Below, in pieces: positions 1 to 10,900 of a stretch of 64,000 nucleotides of DNA; position 1 is the stretch's first letter, and each line of letters opens with the position of its first letter. Location: the NCBI GenBank assembly GCA_965228735.1, contig OZ245838.1, positions 576,001 through 640,000 of the forward strand, written 5' to 3'. The position numbers were made by a program, and so were the translations under genes. The stretch is from Planctomycetota bacterium. Lineage in GTDB: Bacteria > Planctomycetota > UBA1135 > UBA2386. The notes beneath the pieces were generated by a model. The model worked only from the letters and a program-made list of their open reading frames with translations, made no database searches and was not told the DNA's origin.

Positions 1-55
1 GATTGTCAGGTAGGCGAGGCTCGCTGCGCGCATGAGCGTTGCTGTCCGCGCCTGA

Positions 56-1464
56 TCACTTGTCACGATCCGCATCCGTAGCAAGGAGCACGTCGAGCGG
101 TCGCCCACAAGCAGCCTCCAGCTCGGGGATGCTCTGGGCCACAGACTCAAGCCGTACGACATAGTCACGCCGAGTGGCAAGAAGTCGGTTCTGAGCCTCG
201 AGGACAGATAGAAAGCCTGTCTTGCCTGCCGCGAACGACTCTCGGGCAAGGTCAAGGCTGGCTTGTTGAAGCGGCAAGAGCTCCTTCTGGTAGAGGCGAG
301 CGGTTTCCTGCGCCATCGCGTAGCGTTCGTACGCACCCCGTACTTGTTGGGACACGTTCTCGGACACTCCCTCAAGGCGACGTATCGCCTGAGAGAAGCG
401 CAACTCGGCCTTGGCAATCTGTGCTTGGTTTCGGTCGAAGATCGGAATCTCAAGCCGGAATGCTGGACCCAGTTCTACATCGCTGCCGACCGTTTCGAAG
501 GCCAAGCCACCACCTAGCTTGCGCAGCTGCCGACGCCGCTCAAGAGGCACTGCGTTGCCTGCGGCCTCGACGGCCTTCTTCGCCGCGCGCAGGTCAAGCC
601 GGTGTTCTTCGGCAACTGCGAGCAGTCTCTTGAGGTCAACGCTCCACTCCGGTGGCGTGAGTGGTGGACTCGTGAGCTCAAGTTCCTGCGGCGGTACGGA
701 AACACCCAGCACCATCGCCAGGCGTCGTTTCGCTTCAAACGAAGCGAAGCTTGTGGAACGAACAAGCACCTGTTGCTCGAGGAAACCGGCGCGCGCGGCG
801 TTCTCGTCAACCTGCGTCGCAGCACCGGCAGCCTTGCGTTCACGCGTGAGTTCGAGGAACTCCTGTGCGGTCTTGAGATTCTCTTCTGCAACAGCGAGAG
901 AAGCACTCGAAGCAACGGCCGTGAAGTACGCCGACTTCGCCTGAGCCGCGAGCGTGACCGCGCGGCGAGCAACCTCGAGCACGGTTCGGTCTACTTGGCT
1001 TTCCGCAACCCTCGTGCGCGCGGGCAAGTGCCAGAGCTCGATGAGATTGTGGAGAAGTCCGCCCTCCATGTTCGTGCTTCCTCCATCGAGTGGAAGCGCA
1101 CCATCAGTTGGAGCGACGGGTTCGAGAGCAATCCAGCCTGCACTGCATCCGCACGCCGCACACCGATCTCGTAGAGCTGTTGCTGCAGAAGTCGATTGTT
1201 GAGAAGGCAAATCTGGACTGCGTCCTTTGAGGTCAACCCATCCTTCATGAGCTCTGCAACCAGCTTGCGCGCACGCTCTTCCTCTCCGGGCTGATAGAGG
1301 GTGTCTTCGCCGGTCGCTGCCTTTACCTCCTCTCGCGCTAGTTCGTAATCCGGCGTTGGGTCTACAGTGGCACATCCGCTCAAGGTGACTAGCAGCGCCA
1401 CAGCAGCGGCCACGAGCGTTTGCCGACGGAGCCGCCCAGTCTCCAATCTGGTAGTTGTTGCCAT
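56..1464 (-). pseudogene. czcC: TolC/CzcC-family outer-membrane efflux lipoprotein, frameshifted near 1092
   Basis: The N-terminus with lipobox LSGC and ...AGLLSNPSL lies in ORF 991-1473. The OEP C-terminus (LEIPIFDRNQAQI, GKTGFLSVLEAQ) lies in ORF 56-1375. One extra base at the GG at 1092-1093 restores ...VRF-PLDGG. It could be a sequencing indel. Confidence 0.85.
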
Positions 1465-1465
1465 G

Positions 1466-4400
1466 CTACGCAACCTCCCCGTCGGTTGTTGCTGGGACCT
1501 TCTTCATGACAAGCAGGTAGAGGATCGGCAGCACAAAGAGAGTCAGGACGGTTGACGTCAGCACACCTGCCACCACAACCGTCGCAAGTGGTCGCTGCAC
1601 CTCGGCACCGACTCCCGTGGAGATCGCCATCGGAAGAAAACCGACAGCATCCGTGATAGCCGTCGCCAGAACGGGACGAAGCCGTTGCTGTGTGGCTTCT
1701 GTGATCGCCGAACGGAGCTCGTTGCCCTGAGCAAGGAAAGAGCGAATGGCCGATACGAGGATCTGTCCGTTCAAGACGGCGATGCCTCCGAGCGCGATGA
1801 AGCCCACGGCGGCGCTCACGCTGAACGGCATTCCGCGCAGCCAGAGCGCCAAGACACCTCCGACAGCGGCGAAGGGAATCCCGGTATAGATCAGCAGGAC
1901 CTCCCGAAGACTCTTCAGGCTGAAGAACAGCAGGAAGAACACGAGAAGGAGCGTGACCGGAACAACGATCATGAACCGCACCTTCGCGTTGGCCAGATTC
2001 TCAAACTGACCGCCCCAGTTGATGACGTAGCCATCGGGGAGCTCCAGTTCGTTGGCGATCCGCGTCTGCGCTTCCTCAACAAACGAGGCAACATCGCGGC
2101 CGGCTACGTTGCACTGGACGCGGATCAGCCTTCGACCCCACTCACGGTTGATCGTCGAGATGCCCTCTTCTTCTGAGACGTCAGCCACGCTTCGCAGAGG
2201 TAGGCGAAGCCCAGATTTCGTTGGAATCAGCGTCGCACGTAGAGCGTCGGCATCGCCCCGGTGGGAATCCGGCAACCGGACAGCCAACGGGAACTTACGT
2301 TGTCCCTCGAAGACTTCGCCGACACGGCGTGTCCCGATGACCTCCACGAACTCGAGCACTTCCCGTCCTGACACTCCAACGCGGGCAAGTGCGTCGGGGT
2401 CCATGCGGATGCGGAGCGTTGGTTGCCCCGTGACCTGATCGACAGCGACGTCTGACTGTCCGGGGATGTCGACAAGAATGCGCTGTACCTCGTCACTGAT
2501 GCGCACGAGCTCGTCGAAGTCGTCGCCGTAGATCTTGATGCCGATGTCTGAACGGATGCCCGACGCCATCTCGTTGAGGCGCATCTCGATCGGCTGGGTT
2601 GCGATGATGTTCACGCCGGGTAGGTCGTCCACCAGGCTCTGCATGGCAGCGCCGAGCTCAGTCTGCGTGCTGGCCCTCTTCCATTCGCTTCGGGGCTTGA
2701 GCGACAAGAAGATGTCGGTCAGCTCGGTGCCCATGGGGTCAGTGGCGATTTCAGCTGTCCCGATGCGGCTCCAGACGTGCCGAACCTCGTCCGGAAAGTT
2801 CTCGAGCAAGAGCTTCTCGATGCGCGTGTTGTAGCGAACGGACTCCTCAATAGAGACACCGGCCAGGCGGATGGTGTTCAAGACCACCGCCCCCTCGCTC
2901 AAGCGCGGGATGAACTCTCCTCCCAGCCGTGTCGCAGTCCATCCGGCGAACACTAGAAGCAGCATCGCTCCGCTGAGAACGAACCACCGCAGCCGCATCG
3001 CTGCCGCAAGGAACCAGGCAAAGGCGCCGTTCATCGCGCGAGCGATAACACCCTCTCGCTCCCGAACACGCTTCGGAAGGAAGTAGTAGCCAAGGACCGG
3101 TGACAGGGTGAGGGCGATCAGCAGTGCCCCGCCAAGGGCGAAGATGAACGTCCACGCCATCGGGCGGAACATCTTTCCTTCGATTCCCTCGAGCGCGAGC
3201 ACGGGGAAGAAGACCACCATGATGATGGCCATGCCGAAGACGATCGGTCGAGCCACCTGCTTGCCCGACTCGGTGATGACCGCGAGACGCTCATCTTTGG
3301 TCAGCGGTCTCTTCAGCTCACGCGCACGCTGAGCCAGGTTCCGCATGTTGGCCTCGGTCATCACCACCGAGCCGTCGACGATGATGCCGAAGTCGATTGC
3401 ACCAAGGCTGAGGAGGCTTGCCGCGATCGCGAAGTGGTACATGCCGATCAAGGCAAACAACATCGCGAGTGGGATGGCGAGGGCTACCAGGAGACCGCCG
3501 CGAATGTTGCCAAGCAGTACGAAGAGCACGACGATGACGAGCAAGGCTCCGGCCAACAGGTTGTGCTGCACGGTTCCGATCACCTCGGTTGTCAGCTCGG
3601 TGCGGTCGTAGACGACTTCAACGACAACGTCTTCGGGGAGCGATCTCCGGACACCTACGAGCCGCTCCTTGAGCTCTTCGGTGACGGCCTGGGCGTTCTC
3701 GCCCATCAGCATGAAAGCAAGGCCTAGCACGACTTCGCCGCGACCGTTCGCCGTGACCGCACCGCGCCGGATCTCGTGGTCGACCCGAACCTCTTGCGCG
3801 ACATCTCGAATGCGGATCGGCGCACCGTCGAATGCGGAGACAACGATGTTCTCGATCTGGTTGACGGTTGAAACACGCCCGAGGCCATGCACGAGCTGCG
3901 ACTGCCCACCCGACGTGAGCACGCCACCACCGACGTTCTGATTGTTTTTCTCGAGCGCTTCGAAGACGTCCCCAAGGGTGAGGTCGTATTTGAGCAACGC
4001 CTCGGGCGAGACAACCACGTGGTACTGCTTCTCGTACCCGCCCCACGAGTTGACCTCAGCGACACCAGGAACCTTGCGGAGCTCCGGTTTGACGACCCAG
4101 TCGTGAAGGGTTCGCAGCTCTTCGAGCGTCCTGCGCGGGTTCTCCGAACGAAGGACGTAGTGGAAGATCTCTCCGAGCCCGGTGGAGATGGGGCCGAGCT
4201 GCGGACGCTCAATGCCTTCGGGAAGCTCTACTGTCGCCAGTCGTTCGGAGACGTACTGGCGCGCATCGATGATCCTCGTGTCGTCATCGAACGTCGCGAC
4301 GACCTGGGACAGTCCAAACTTGGATATGGAACGAACATCGGCCAGACCAGGAAGACCGCCGATCGAGAGCTCGACTGGAAGGGTGAGCTGCTGCTCAATC

Positions 4401-4594
4401 TCTTCCGGATTGAGCGCGGGGGCCACGGTGTTGATCTGGACCTGGACGGGTGTTGTGTCCGGGAAGGCGTCAACTGGCGTACGCGTTGCCGTGTAGATCC
4501 CGCCGCCGACCAGGGCAAATCCCAGCAGCAAGAACAGGAGGCGGTTGCGAAGTGAGAACTCGACGAGGCGCTCAAGCATGGAGTCCCCGTTCAC
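1466..4594 (-). CDS. czcA: CzcA/CusA-family heavy-metal RND efflux transporter
   Basis: 1042 aa with DAFPD, GAIDFGIIVDG and RLRPVLATA motifs of HME-RND pumps. Confidence 0.95.
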   Translation of the reverse strand: MNGDSMLERLVEFSLRNRLLFLLLGFALVGGGIYTATRTPVDAFPDTTPVQVQINTVAPALNPEEIEQQLTLPVELSIGGLPGLADVRSISKFGLSQVVATFDDDTRIIDARQYVSERLATVELPEGIERPQLGPISTGLGEIFHYVLRSENPRRTLEELRTLHDWVVKPELRKVPGVAEVNSWGGYEKQYHVVVSPEALLKYDLTLGDVFEALEKNNQNVGGGVLTSGGQSQLVHGLGRVSTVNQIENIVVSAFDGAPIRIRDVAQEVRVDHEIRRGAVTANGRGEVVLGLAFMLMGENAQAVTEELKERLVGVRRSLPEDVVVEVVYDRTELTTEVIGTVQHNLLAGALLVIVVLFVLLGNIRGGLLVALAIPLAMLFALIGMYHFAIAASLLSLGAIDFGIIVDGSVVMTEANMRNLAQRARELKRPLTKDERLAVITESGKQVARPIVFGMAIIMVVFFPVLALEGIEGKMFRPMAWTFIFALGGALLIALTLSPVLGYYFLPKRVREREGVIARAMNGAFAWFLAAAMRLRWFVLSGAMLLLVFAGWTATRLGGEFIPRLSEGAVVLNTIRLAGVSIEESVRYNTRIEKLLLENFPDEVRHVWSRIGTAEIATDPMGTELTDIFLSLKPRSEWKRASTQTELGAAMQSLVDDLPGVNIIATQPIEMRLNEMASGIRSDIGIKIYGDDFDELVRISDEVQRILVDIPGQSDVAVDQVTGQPTLRIRMDPDALARVGVSGREVLEFVEVIGTRRVGEVFEGQRKFPLAVRLPDSHRGDADALRATLIPTKSGLRLPLRSVADVSEEEGISTINREWGRRLIRVQCNVAGRDVASFVEEAQTRIANELELPDGYVINWGGQFENLANAKVRFMIVVPVTLLLVFFLLFFSLKSLREVLLIYTGIPFAAVGGVLALWLRGMPFSVSAAVGFIALGGIAVLNGQILVSAIRSFLAQGNELRSAITEATQQRLRPVLATAITDAVGFLPMAISTGVGAEVQRPLATVVVAGVLTSTVLTLFVLPILYLLVMKKVPATTDGEVA

Positions 4595-6192
4595 TTGTCA
4601 TCGACACAGCCAGCGCCGAGCCTCGACTTGAGGAACTCGGACATCACGGTGAATGCTCCTGTAGCAACAACAGGTTCGTCCGCGCGCAGACCTTCGACCA
4701 CCGCAACGATGTTGTTCGACGGTCGCTCGACCGTGGCGACGCGACGCAACGAGTAGAGGTCGTCTTCGAGTTTGACGAAGACGTAGAGCTTCTTCTCGAA
4801 CCGCTGGATGGCTTCCTTGGGCACATCCACTGCGCTTCTGGCATCCGAAGTGAAGACGATCGCGTCGCCGAACATCCCTGCGCTGAGCTTCCGGTCAGGG
4901 TTGCCGACCACGGCACGTGCCCGCAGCATGCGAGTCTTCTCGTCGATCGAGGTGTTGACCCATGTGATCTCACCACGTGACGCCTCGCTGGAAAGGCCGT
5001 GGAAGGTCGCCTCCACGCTCAGACCACTCTTGATGAGACCCGCGCGATCGGCAGGGATCGAGAGCGAGAGCCACATCGAGCCGAGATCCGCGAGAGAGAA
5101 TACGCTCTTGCCTGGCTCAACAGCTTCGCCGACCACCGCACTTCTCTCGACCAATGTGCCCTCGTATGGAGCGCGGACCAACAAGCGAGCTGAGGTGTCG
5201 CGATCCTTCTTGATCGCTGCAACCTCATCCGCCGTGAAGCCATAGTTGAGGAGTCTCTGTCTTGCTGTACTCAGCGTGAGCTCAGCGGTCTTGCACGCAG
5301 CATCGGCCTCCTGCACCTCCTTCTCCGAAGAGATGCTCTTCTTCGCCAGGCGCTTCTCTCGCTTGCAGGCAACCTCTTTCAGGTCGAGGTCGACCACGGA
5401 CGAGACGAACGCAGCCTTCGCGCTCGCTACTTCGGTGGAGTGCACTTCCACCAGAACATCTCCCGCCTTCACGTCCGCACCGACATCGACGAGCACTTTG
5501 CGCACGATCCCCGCGGCCAGTGGCGTGATGCGGGCCAGAGCATTCTGGTTGTAGGAGATCTCGCAGATGGCCGGAACGCTTTCCCGCACCGTGGCCTGGC
5601 GGGCGGGAACTGTCTGCACACCTGCCTTCGCAGCTGCACGGGCCGACTCGAAACGCACCTTGAGTTCGTCGCCTGGCTGCAGTTCTGCCGTGCGTTGTGG
5701 TTGGCAGATGCCGCAATCCGCCTCCGGCACCCCGTGTTCCTTACAGAAAAGACCTGGAACAGTGCGGGGGGGAGCATCCAGTTGCGCGCCCTTCTTGTCC
5801 TTCGGCTGCTTCTCGTCCTTGGAGTCTTTCTTCAGCTCGGGATGGCAGAGAAAGCACTCGTCCTCGTAGAGGCCGTGCTCTTCGCAGTAGAGGCGGCCCT
5901 TCTCCTCGAGCTGCGGCTGGCACATCCAGCATCGATTCTCGTAACGGCCGTGCTCCTTGCACCACAGGCGTCCTGACTCACGCTTGCTTGGATCACAGAT
6001 GAAGCACGTCTCGCCGGGTGTGTCGTGCTTGTGTGCGGTGCTCGTCGGATTCCTGCCAGTCGCGGTCGATTCACCTGCAGCAGGTTCGGAACCAGGACCA
6101 GGAGAGGGCTCCTGCCCACAACCGGAAAGGGCAACGCTCAAGGCGAGCATGCCGGCAAGAAACCAAGACCTTCCTCGTTTGTTGGTAGACAT
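4591..6192 (-). CDS. czcB: CzcB-like membrane fusion protein with N-terminal Cys/His-rich repeats
   Basis: Lipobox LSGC and MFP core (ARITPLAAGIV, RAPYEGTLVE). Start at ATG 6192 behind a GAGGGAG RBS. Overlaps czcA. Confidence 0.9.
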   Translation of the reverse strand: MSTNKRGRSWFLAGMLALSVALSGCGQEPSPGPGSEPAAGESTATGRNPTSTAHKHDTPGETCFICDPSKRESGRLWCKEHGRYENRCWMCQPQLEEKGRLYCEEHGLYEDECFLCHPELKKDSKDEKQPKDKKGAQLDAPPRTVPGLFCKEHGVPEADCGICQPQRTAELQPGDELKVRFESARAAAKAGVQTVPARQATVRESVPAICEISYNQNALARITPLAAGIVRKVLVDVGADVKAGDVLVEVHSTEVASAKAAFVSSVVDLDLKEVACKREKRLAKKSISSEKEVQEADAACKTAELTLSTARQRLLNYGFTADEVAAIKKDRDTSARLLVRAPYEGTLVERSAVVGEAVEPGKSVFSLADLGSMWLSLSIPADRAGLIKSGLSVEATFHGLSSEASRGEITWVNTSIDEKTRMLRARAVVGNPDRKLSAGMFGDAIVFTSDARSAVDVPKEAIQRFEKKLYVFVKLEDDLYSLRRVATVERPSNNIVAVVEGLRADEPVVATGAFTVMSEFLKSRLGAGCVDDK

Positions 6193-6232
6193 CACAATCG
6201 TTCTCTCCCTCGTCGCGAAAAACGGGCGAGCG

Positions 6233-6628
6233 CTATCTCGCTTCGGCACCCACGAACTTCTCAAGCACGCTCTCGGCAATGTCGAGCCATGACGAGTCGG
6301 CTAGCCGGTAGTAGGCGAGCTTGCCTTCGGCGCGGAACTCAACTGCTCCGAGGTTGCGCAGCTCTCGGAGGACCTGCGAGGTGCCGGACATGGAGATCCC
6401 GAGCACTTCACGGAGGTCGCAGACACACAGCTCCCGACCCTGAAGGGCCTTCAGTACGCGCAACCGGTTCGGGTTCGCGAGGACTCGAAAGGCGTCAGCG
6501 ACTCGTTGGAGCTCTGTGGTTGCGGGAAGCGACGCCTGAGCTTCCGAGACCATCGAGCAATCGACCTGGTTGATCTCGCAGGCCCCCTCGCGGGCCTTGG
6601 GGCTCTTCGACTTCGGCGTATCGTTCAT
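6233..6628 (-). CDS. ArsR/SmtB/CadC-family metal-responsive repressor
   Basis: FRVLANPNRLRVL...ELCVCDL...SGTSQVLRELR...EGKLAYY; first gene of the czc operon. Confidence 0.92.
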   Translation of the reverse strand: MNDTPKSKSPKAREGACEINQVDCSMVSEAQASLPATTELQRVADAFRVLANPNRLRVLKALQGRELCVCDLREVLGISMSGTSQVLRELRNLGAVEFRAEGKLAYYRLADSSWLDIAESVLEKFVGAEAR

Positions 6629-6664
6629 CATTTCAGTATATGATGAATCGACCGCGCAGGGCAA
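6624..6664 (-). promoter_or_regulatory. sigma-70-like leaderless promoter with overlapping ArsR-type operator
   Basis: Minus strand reads TTGCCC-N18-TATACT-gaa-ATG-ATG. A perfect inverted repeat TTCATCAT-N8-ATGATGAA at 6624-6647 covers the -10 and the start codon. Confidence 0.7.
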
Positions 6665-7186
6665 GTTGCTGAATGAAACTCTCGTGGGAAGTCACCAGGA
6701 GGTGGTCCGAGGGCGGGTCAAGGCCCCTTGGGATCGGGATTTACGCGCTTCTGAGCTGACCATCAGCGATCGCGAGGAGCTCCCTCGTACCTCATGCGCC
6801 GCGCCCATGACGACGAGAATGCGCTTTCGGCCCTCTTCGGGCCGGATGTTGGAGCCCAGAGGCAGACGTGGCGCTTGCGGGGAGGCAGTCGAAGGGCGTC
6901 TCGTTCTAGCGCTAGATCGCGGATGGCCCTAAACTGGCACAGACCACACTTGGCGAGCGGGATCATTCGGGGGAGAAGTCGTTCGTCATGCCGAACCAGC
7001 GGCGATCAAGTGGCCGGCGTGAGGCTAGCTCCGCGCCTGCGGCCGTTGCGCTCGGGTGAGTTTCGCCTACATTGCGGCCCCTGGGACTCCTTCAGGTGGA
7101 TTTCCTGAGCGGCACCTGGTTGTCAGGGTGAGGCGCTTTCGCGTTATCTCGGCCGTGCATCCGCCTAGCCCAGTCGAGAGAGATCC

Positions 7187-7822
7187 ATGAGAGGACATAT
7201 GAGAACCACCGTGCTCGCACTGCTATGCGGAGTCGTCTTTGGAGGCGTCCAAGCAATCGCTCAGGAGACCAAGAACGTTCCTGCGGCGAAGTCGACTACC
7301 CCGGCCACATACGTCGTCGGCGTGACGGGGATGACCTGAGGCGGTTGCGCCTCGGGGGTCCGTGAGACCCTCGCCAAGATCGCAGGCGTGAAGAGCGTCG
7401 AGATCGACCTCAAAGCCAAGACCGCGACCGTAGCCATGAAGAAGGGGGGGCTGACGCGCGAAGCTGTCGTCAAGGCGCTCGTGGACACCAAGTTCAAGGT
7501 GAGCTCCTTCGCGTCGGTCAAGGCTACGCGCATGACTCCGAAGGGCGTCTACGTCGTGGGCGTGACGGGAATGACTTGAGGCGGTTGCGCCTCGGGGGTC
7601 CGTGAGACCCTCGCCAAGATCGCGGGTGTGAATAGCGTCGAAGTCGACCTCAAGGCCAAGGCCGTGACCGTAGCCATGAAGAAGGGCTCGCTCACTCGCG
7701 AGGCTGTCGTCAAGGCACTTGCAGACACGAAGTTCAAGGTGAGCTCCTTCGCCTTGGTCGAGAAGAAACCGGCGGCGAAGAAGGCTGCCAAACCAGGCAT
7801 CAAGGCCGAGAAGAAGCTCTGA
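7187..7822 (+). CDS. Exported tandem-HMA selenoprotein (two GMT-U-GGC motifs; in-frame TGA at 7337 and 7577)
   Basis: One frame runs from ATG 7187/7199: signal peptide MRTTVLALLCGVVFGGVQAIA, two 80-aa repeats YVVGVTGMT*GGCASGVRETLAKIAGV.SVE.DLKAK..TV, and a Lys-rich tail. Each TGA sits at the first Cys of the HMA GMTCxxC motif and is followed by a SECIS-like hairpin. Confidence 0.88.
7353..7373 (+). promoter_or_regulatory. Putative bacterial SECIS element 1
   Basis: Stem CGGGGGTC/GACCCTCG with loop CGTGA; 21 nt lie between TGA 7337-7339 and the loop. Confidence 0.75.
7593..7613 (+). promoter_or_regulatory. Putative bacterial SECIS element 2
   Basis: Identical hairpin 240 bp downstream, after TGA 7577-7579. 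Confidence 0.75.
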
Positions 7823-7875
7823 GCTGGGTCGGCTAGACGATCGGGCCCCGGGCGCTGGCTGCGGGCCAATGCAAG

Positions 7876-7900
7876 GCCAACGCCACGACGTGGCGTTGGC
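7876..7900. terminator. GC-rich hairpin between convergent genes (possible bidirectional terminator)
   Basis: GCCAACGCCAC-GAC-GTGGCGTTGGC, perfect 11-bp arms; no U-tract. Confidence 0.5.
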
Positions 7901-7957
7901 GCTCAGCTGCAGCCGTGACGCTTCCCACGTCGCGGTTAGCGTCTCGGTTTCGATTCA

Positions 7958-10900
7958 TCAGCCCGTCGTCGTGTGCTGGCTACCGAGCCGCCGCTCCTTG
8001 ATGGTGCAGTAGAGCACGGGTACGACGAATACCGTGAGCATGGCGATCAGCATCCCACCGAAAGAAGGGATGGCCATCGGGACCATGATGTCGGACCCGC
8101 GGCCCGTCGAGGTCAGGACCGGGATGAGTGCGAGGATCGTCGTCGCGCTCGTCATGAGCGCGGGGCGGATACGCTTCTTGGCTCCCTCCACGACCAAGTT
8201 GTGTATGTCTTCGCGAGACCGCGGATGTGCTCCGCGGAAACTCTGTTCGAGGTAGGTCGCCATCACGACGCCGTCGTCTGACGCGATGCCGAATAGGGCC
8301 AGGAATCCGACCCAGATGGCGACGCTCAGGTTGATGGTGTCGACCTGGAAGAGGGCGCGCAGATTCTCGCCGAACAGGTCGATGTCGAGGAAGCCTCCGA
8401 TGCCGTACATCCAGATAAGGAGGAAGCCTCCTGCCCATGCGACCACGATGCCCGAAAACACCAGCAGCGAGGTCGAGACCGAACCGAACTGGAGGTAGAG
8501 GATCAGGAAGATGACGAACAGCGCGACGGGCAAGACCAGCGCAAGCGTCTTTTGGGATCGGATTTGGTTCTCGTAGCTTCCGGAGAAGCTGTAGCTCACG
8601 CCGGCGGGCAGTACGAACTCGCCGGAGTCGAGCTTCTGCTGTAGGAACGCCTGGCATTCTTCAACAACGTCGACTTCTGCGCTGTCCGCTTGCTTGTCGA
8701 AAACCACGTAGCCGATGAGGAACGTGTCTTCACTCTTGATGGCCTGTGGTCCGCGAACGAAGCGAATCTCCGAGAGCTCAGAGAGCGGGACCTGCGCGCC
8801 GGTCGGAGTGGGAACAAGGATCTCTCCGAGGCTCTCGGGCGTGTCGCGCAACTCCCGCAGATACCGGACGCGTACCGGGTACCGCTCACGACCCTCGACC
8901 GTCGTGGTGATTCGCTTACCGCCGATGGCTACCTCGATGACCTGTTGCACCGAGCCGACATGGAGGCCATACCTGCCGAGCGCCTTGCGGTTGAGCTCGA
9001 TCTCGAGGTAGGGCTTGCCAACCAGGCGGTCGGCGGTCACCGTCGGAGCGGATACGCCTGGGACCTGCTTCAGGTAGCGCTCCAGCTGCACGGCGACCTC
9101 CTCGATCGTAGCGAGATCGGGCCCTTTCACCTTGATGCCCATCGGCGCTCGCATGCCGCTTTGCAACATGACGATGCGCGCCGCGATCGGCTGCAGTTTC
9201 GGGGCAGATGTCGTGCCGGGTATCTCGGATGCCGCGACGATCTCGTCCCAGATGTCGTCGGGAGATTTGATGTGATCGCGCCACTGTCGGAACGGGCGTC
9301 CGTTCGTGTCGGGGATCAGGTCGCCTTCTTCGTTTCTCGCAAACTCGCCCGTTTCCTCGTCGAAGCGGAAGCTGATGCGGTCTCCGTCTTTATCGGTGAT
9401 GTATTCGGGCCGATAGTTGATGACCGTCTCGATCATCGAGATCGGGGCTGGGTCAAGAGGAGTTTCAGCTCGACCCAGCTTCCCGACGACTGACTCGACC
9501 TCCGGTATCCTGGCGATGGAGGTGTCCTGATACTGCAGGACCTCCATGGACTCACCGATCGACGCATGGGGGAGTGTCGTCGGCATGAACAGGTAGGAGC
9601 CCTCGTCCAGTGGTGGCATGAACTCCTTGCCGAGCCCCGGGAACACGCTCGCCATCCGTTGCCAGGGTGCACTCTGTCGCATGAACTCGGGCGCAAAGCC
9701 GAAGACGCGATCGAAACCGAACCAGGAGCAGGCGCCGAGAGCGACGATGAGGGTTGGCGCCGACAGGAACAGGAGCTTGTGTCGCAGGCACCATCGCAGG
9801 ACGCGCGGATAAACGCGTTGGAAGGCGAGGAACGTTCCTAGCAGTCCGCCGATCAGAACCCCGACGAATGCCAGGTTCTTGAGGAACCCGCGACTGGGAC
9901 CGAGCGGTAGCCACGATTGCGTTAGTTCGATCAGAACGAATAGCGCAACAGCCAGGCTGACGACGATCGGCCCCGAGTTACCGGTCCAGCGCGGGATCCT
10001 GCTCTTGAGGAGTTGGAATGCCGCAAATGCCAGGAGCAGACTCCCTCCGACGATGCTTGTTGTGATAGCTACGACGAGTCCTGCGGCGGCAAGCCCCGCA
10101 TGCATGAGAGCCTTGGTGCGCGTCGAGCGAATCGAGCCCGTGAACAGGATGTGGGCCGCCGGTGGGATCACCGTCAGTGCGACGATGATCGATGCAACCA
10201 GGGCGAACGTCTTGGTGAAGGCGAGTGGTTGGAAGAGCTTGCCTTCGGCGCCCGTCATCGTGAATACGGGCAAGAAGCTGACGACGGTCGTCGCGACGGA
10301 GGTGATGACGGCGCTGCCAACCTCGCGTGTAGCACGGAAGATCGTCTCGATGGGAGGTGTGTCGGGATCCGCTTCCCTGAGGTGGCGCAGGACGTTCTCA
10401 CAGATGATTACGCCCATGTCGACCATCGTGCCGATGGCGATTGCAATACCCGAAAGCGCGACGATGTTCGCCGCGACCCCGAACGTTCGCATGGCGATGA
10501 AGCACATCAGTACGGCGACTGGGAGCAAAGCGCTGATGAGCAAGGAGCTCCTCAGGTGAAGCACCATGATGAGCATCACGATCATCGTCACGAGGATCTC
10601 CTCGACGAGCGCTGAGTTGAGCGTGCCGAGAGTCTCGTAGATGAGGTCCGTTCGGTCATAGAACGGGACGATGGTCACCTGGCTGAGGTTCACGCCGGTA
10701 GGCCATGCCGACTTCTCATTGGATCTCAAGAACGGCACCCAGGCCGCTTGGTTGAGGTCGTCACCATCGAACGCCTCGAACCCCTGTAGGGCTGCGAAGC
10801 CGCGTAGCGCGTCTTTCGACGTTGCCGTGAAGTCAGCGATTGCCTTCGTCGGCAGTCCAGGGGCGATCTCCGCGATCTTCGCCTTGGTGTTCTTGATCGC

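Noticed and set aside
7337..7579. TGA codons as nonsense mutations (pseudogene) or genome-wide UGA reassignment
   Set aside because: Three TGAs in two divergent genes all hit the same motif Cys and each has a downstream hairpin. Many normal genes here, including this one at 7820, end in TGA, so the code is standard.
7261..7869. Minus-strand ORFs 7261-7533 and 7549-7869
   Set aside because: Antisense shadows of the HMA repeats
7820..7917. Read-through of the terminal TGA of the tandem-HMA gene
   Set aside because: No Cys-motif context, and the extension is not protein-like and runs through a terminator-like hairpin
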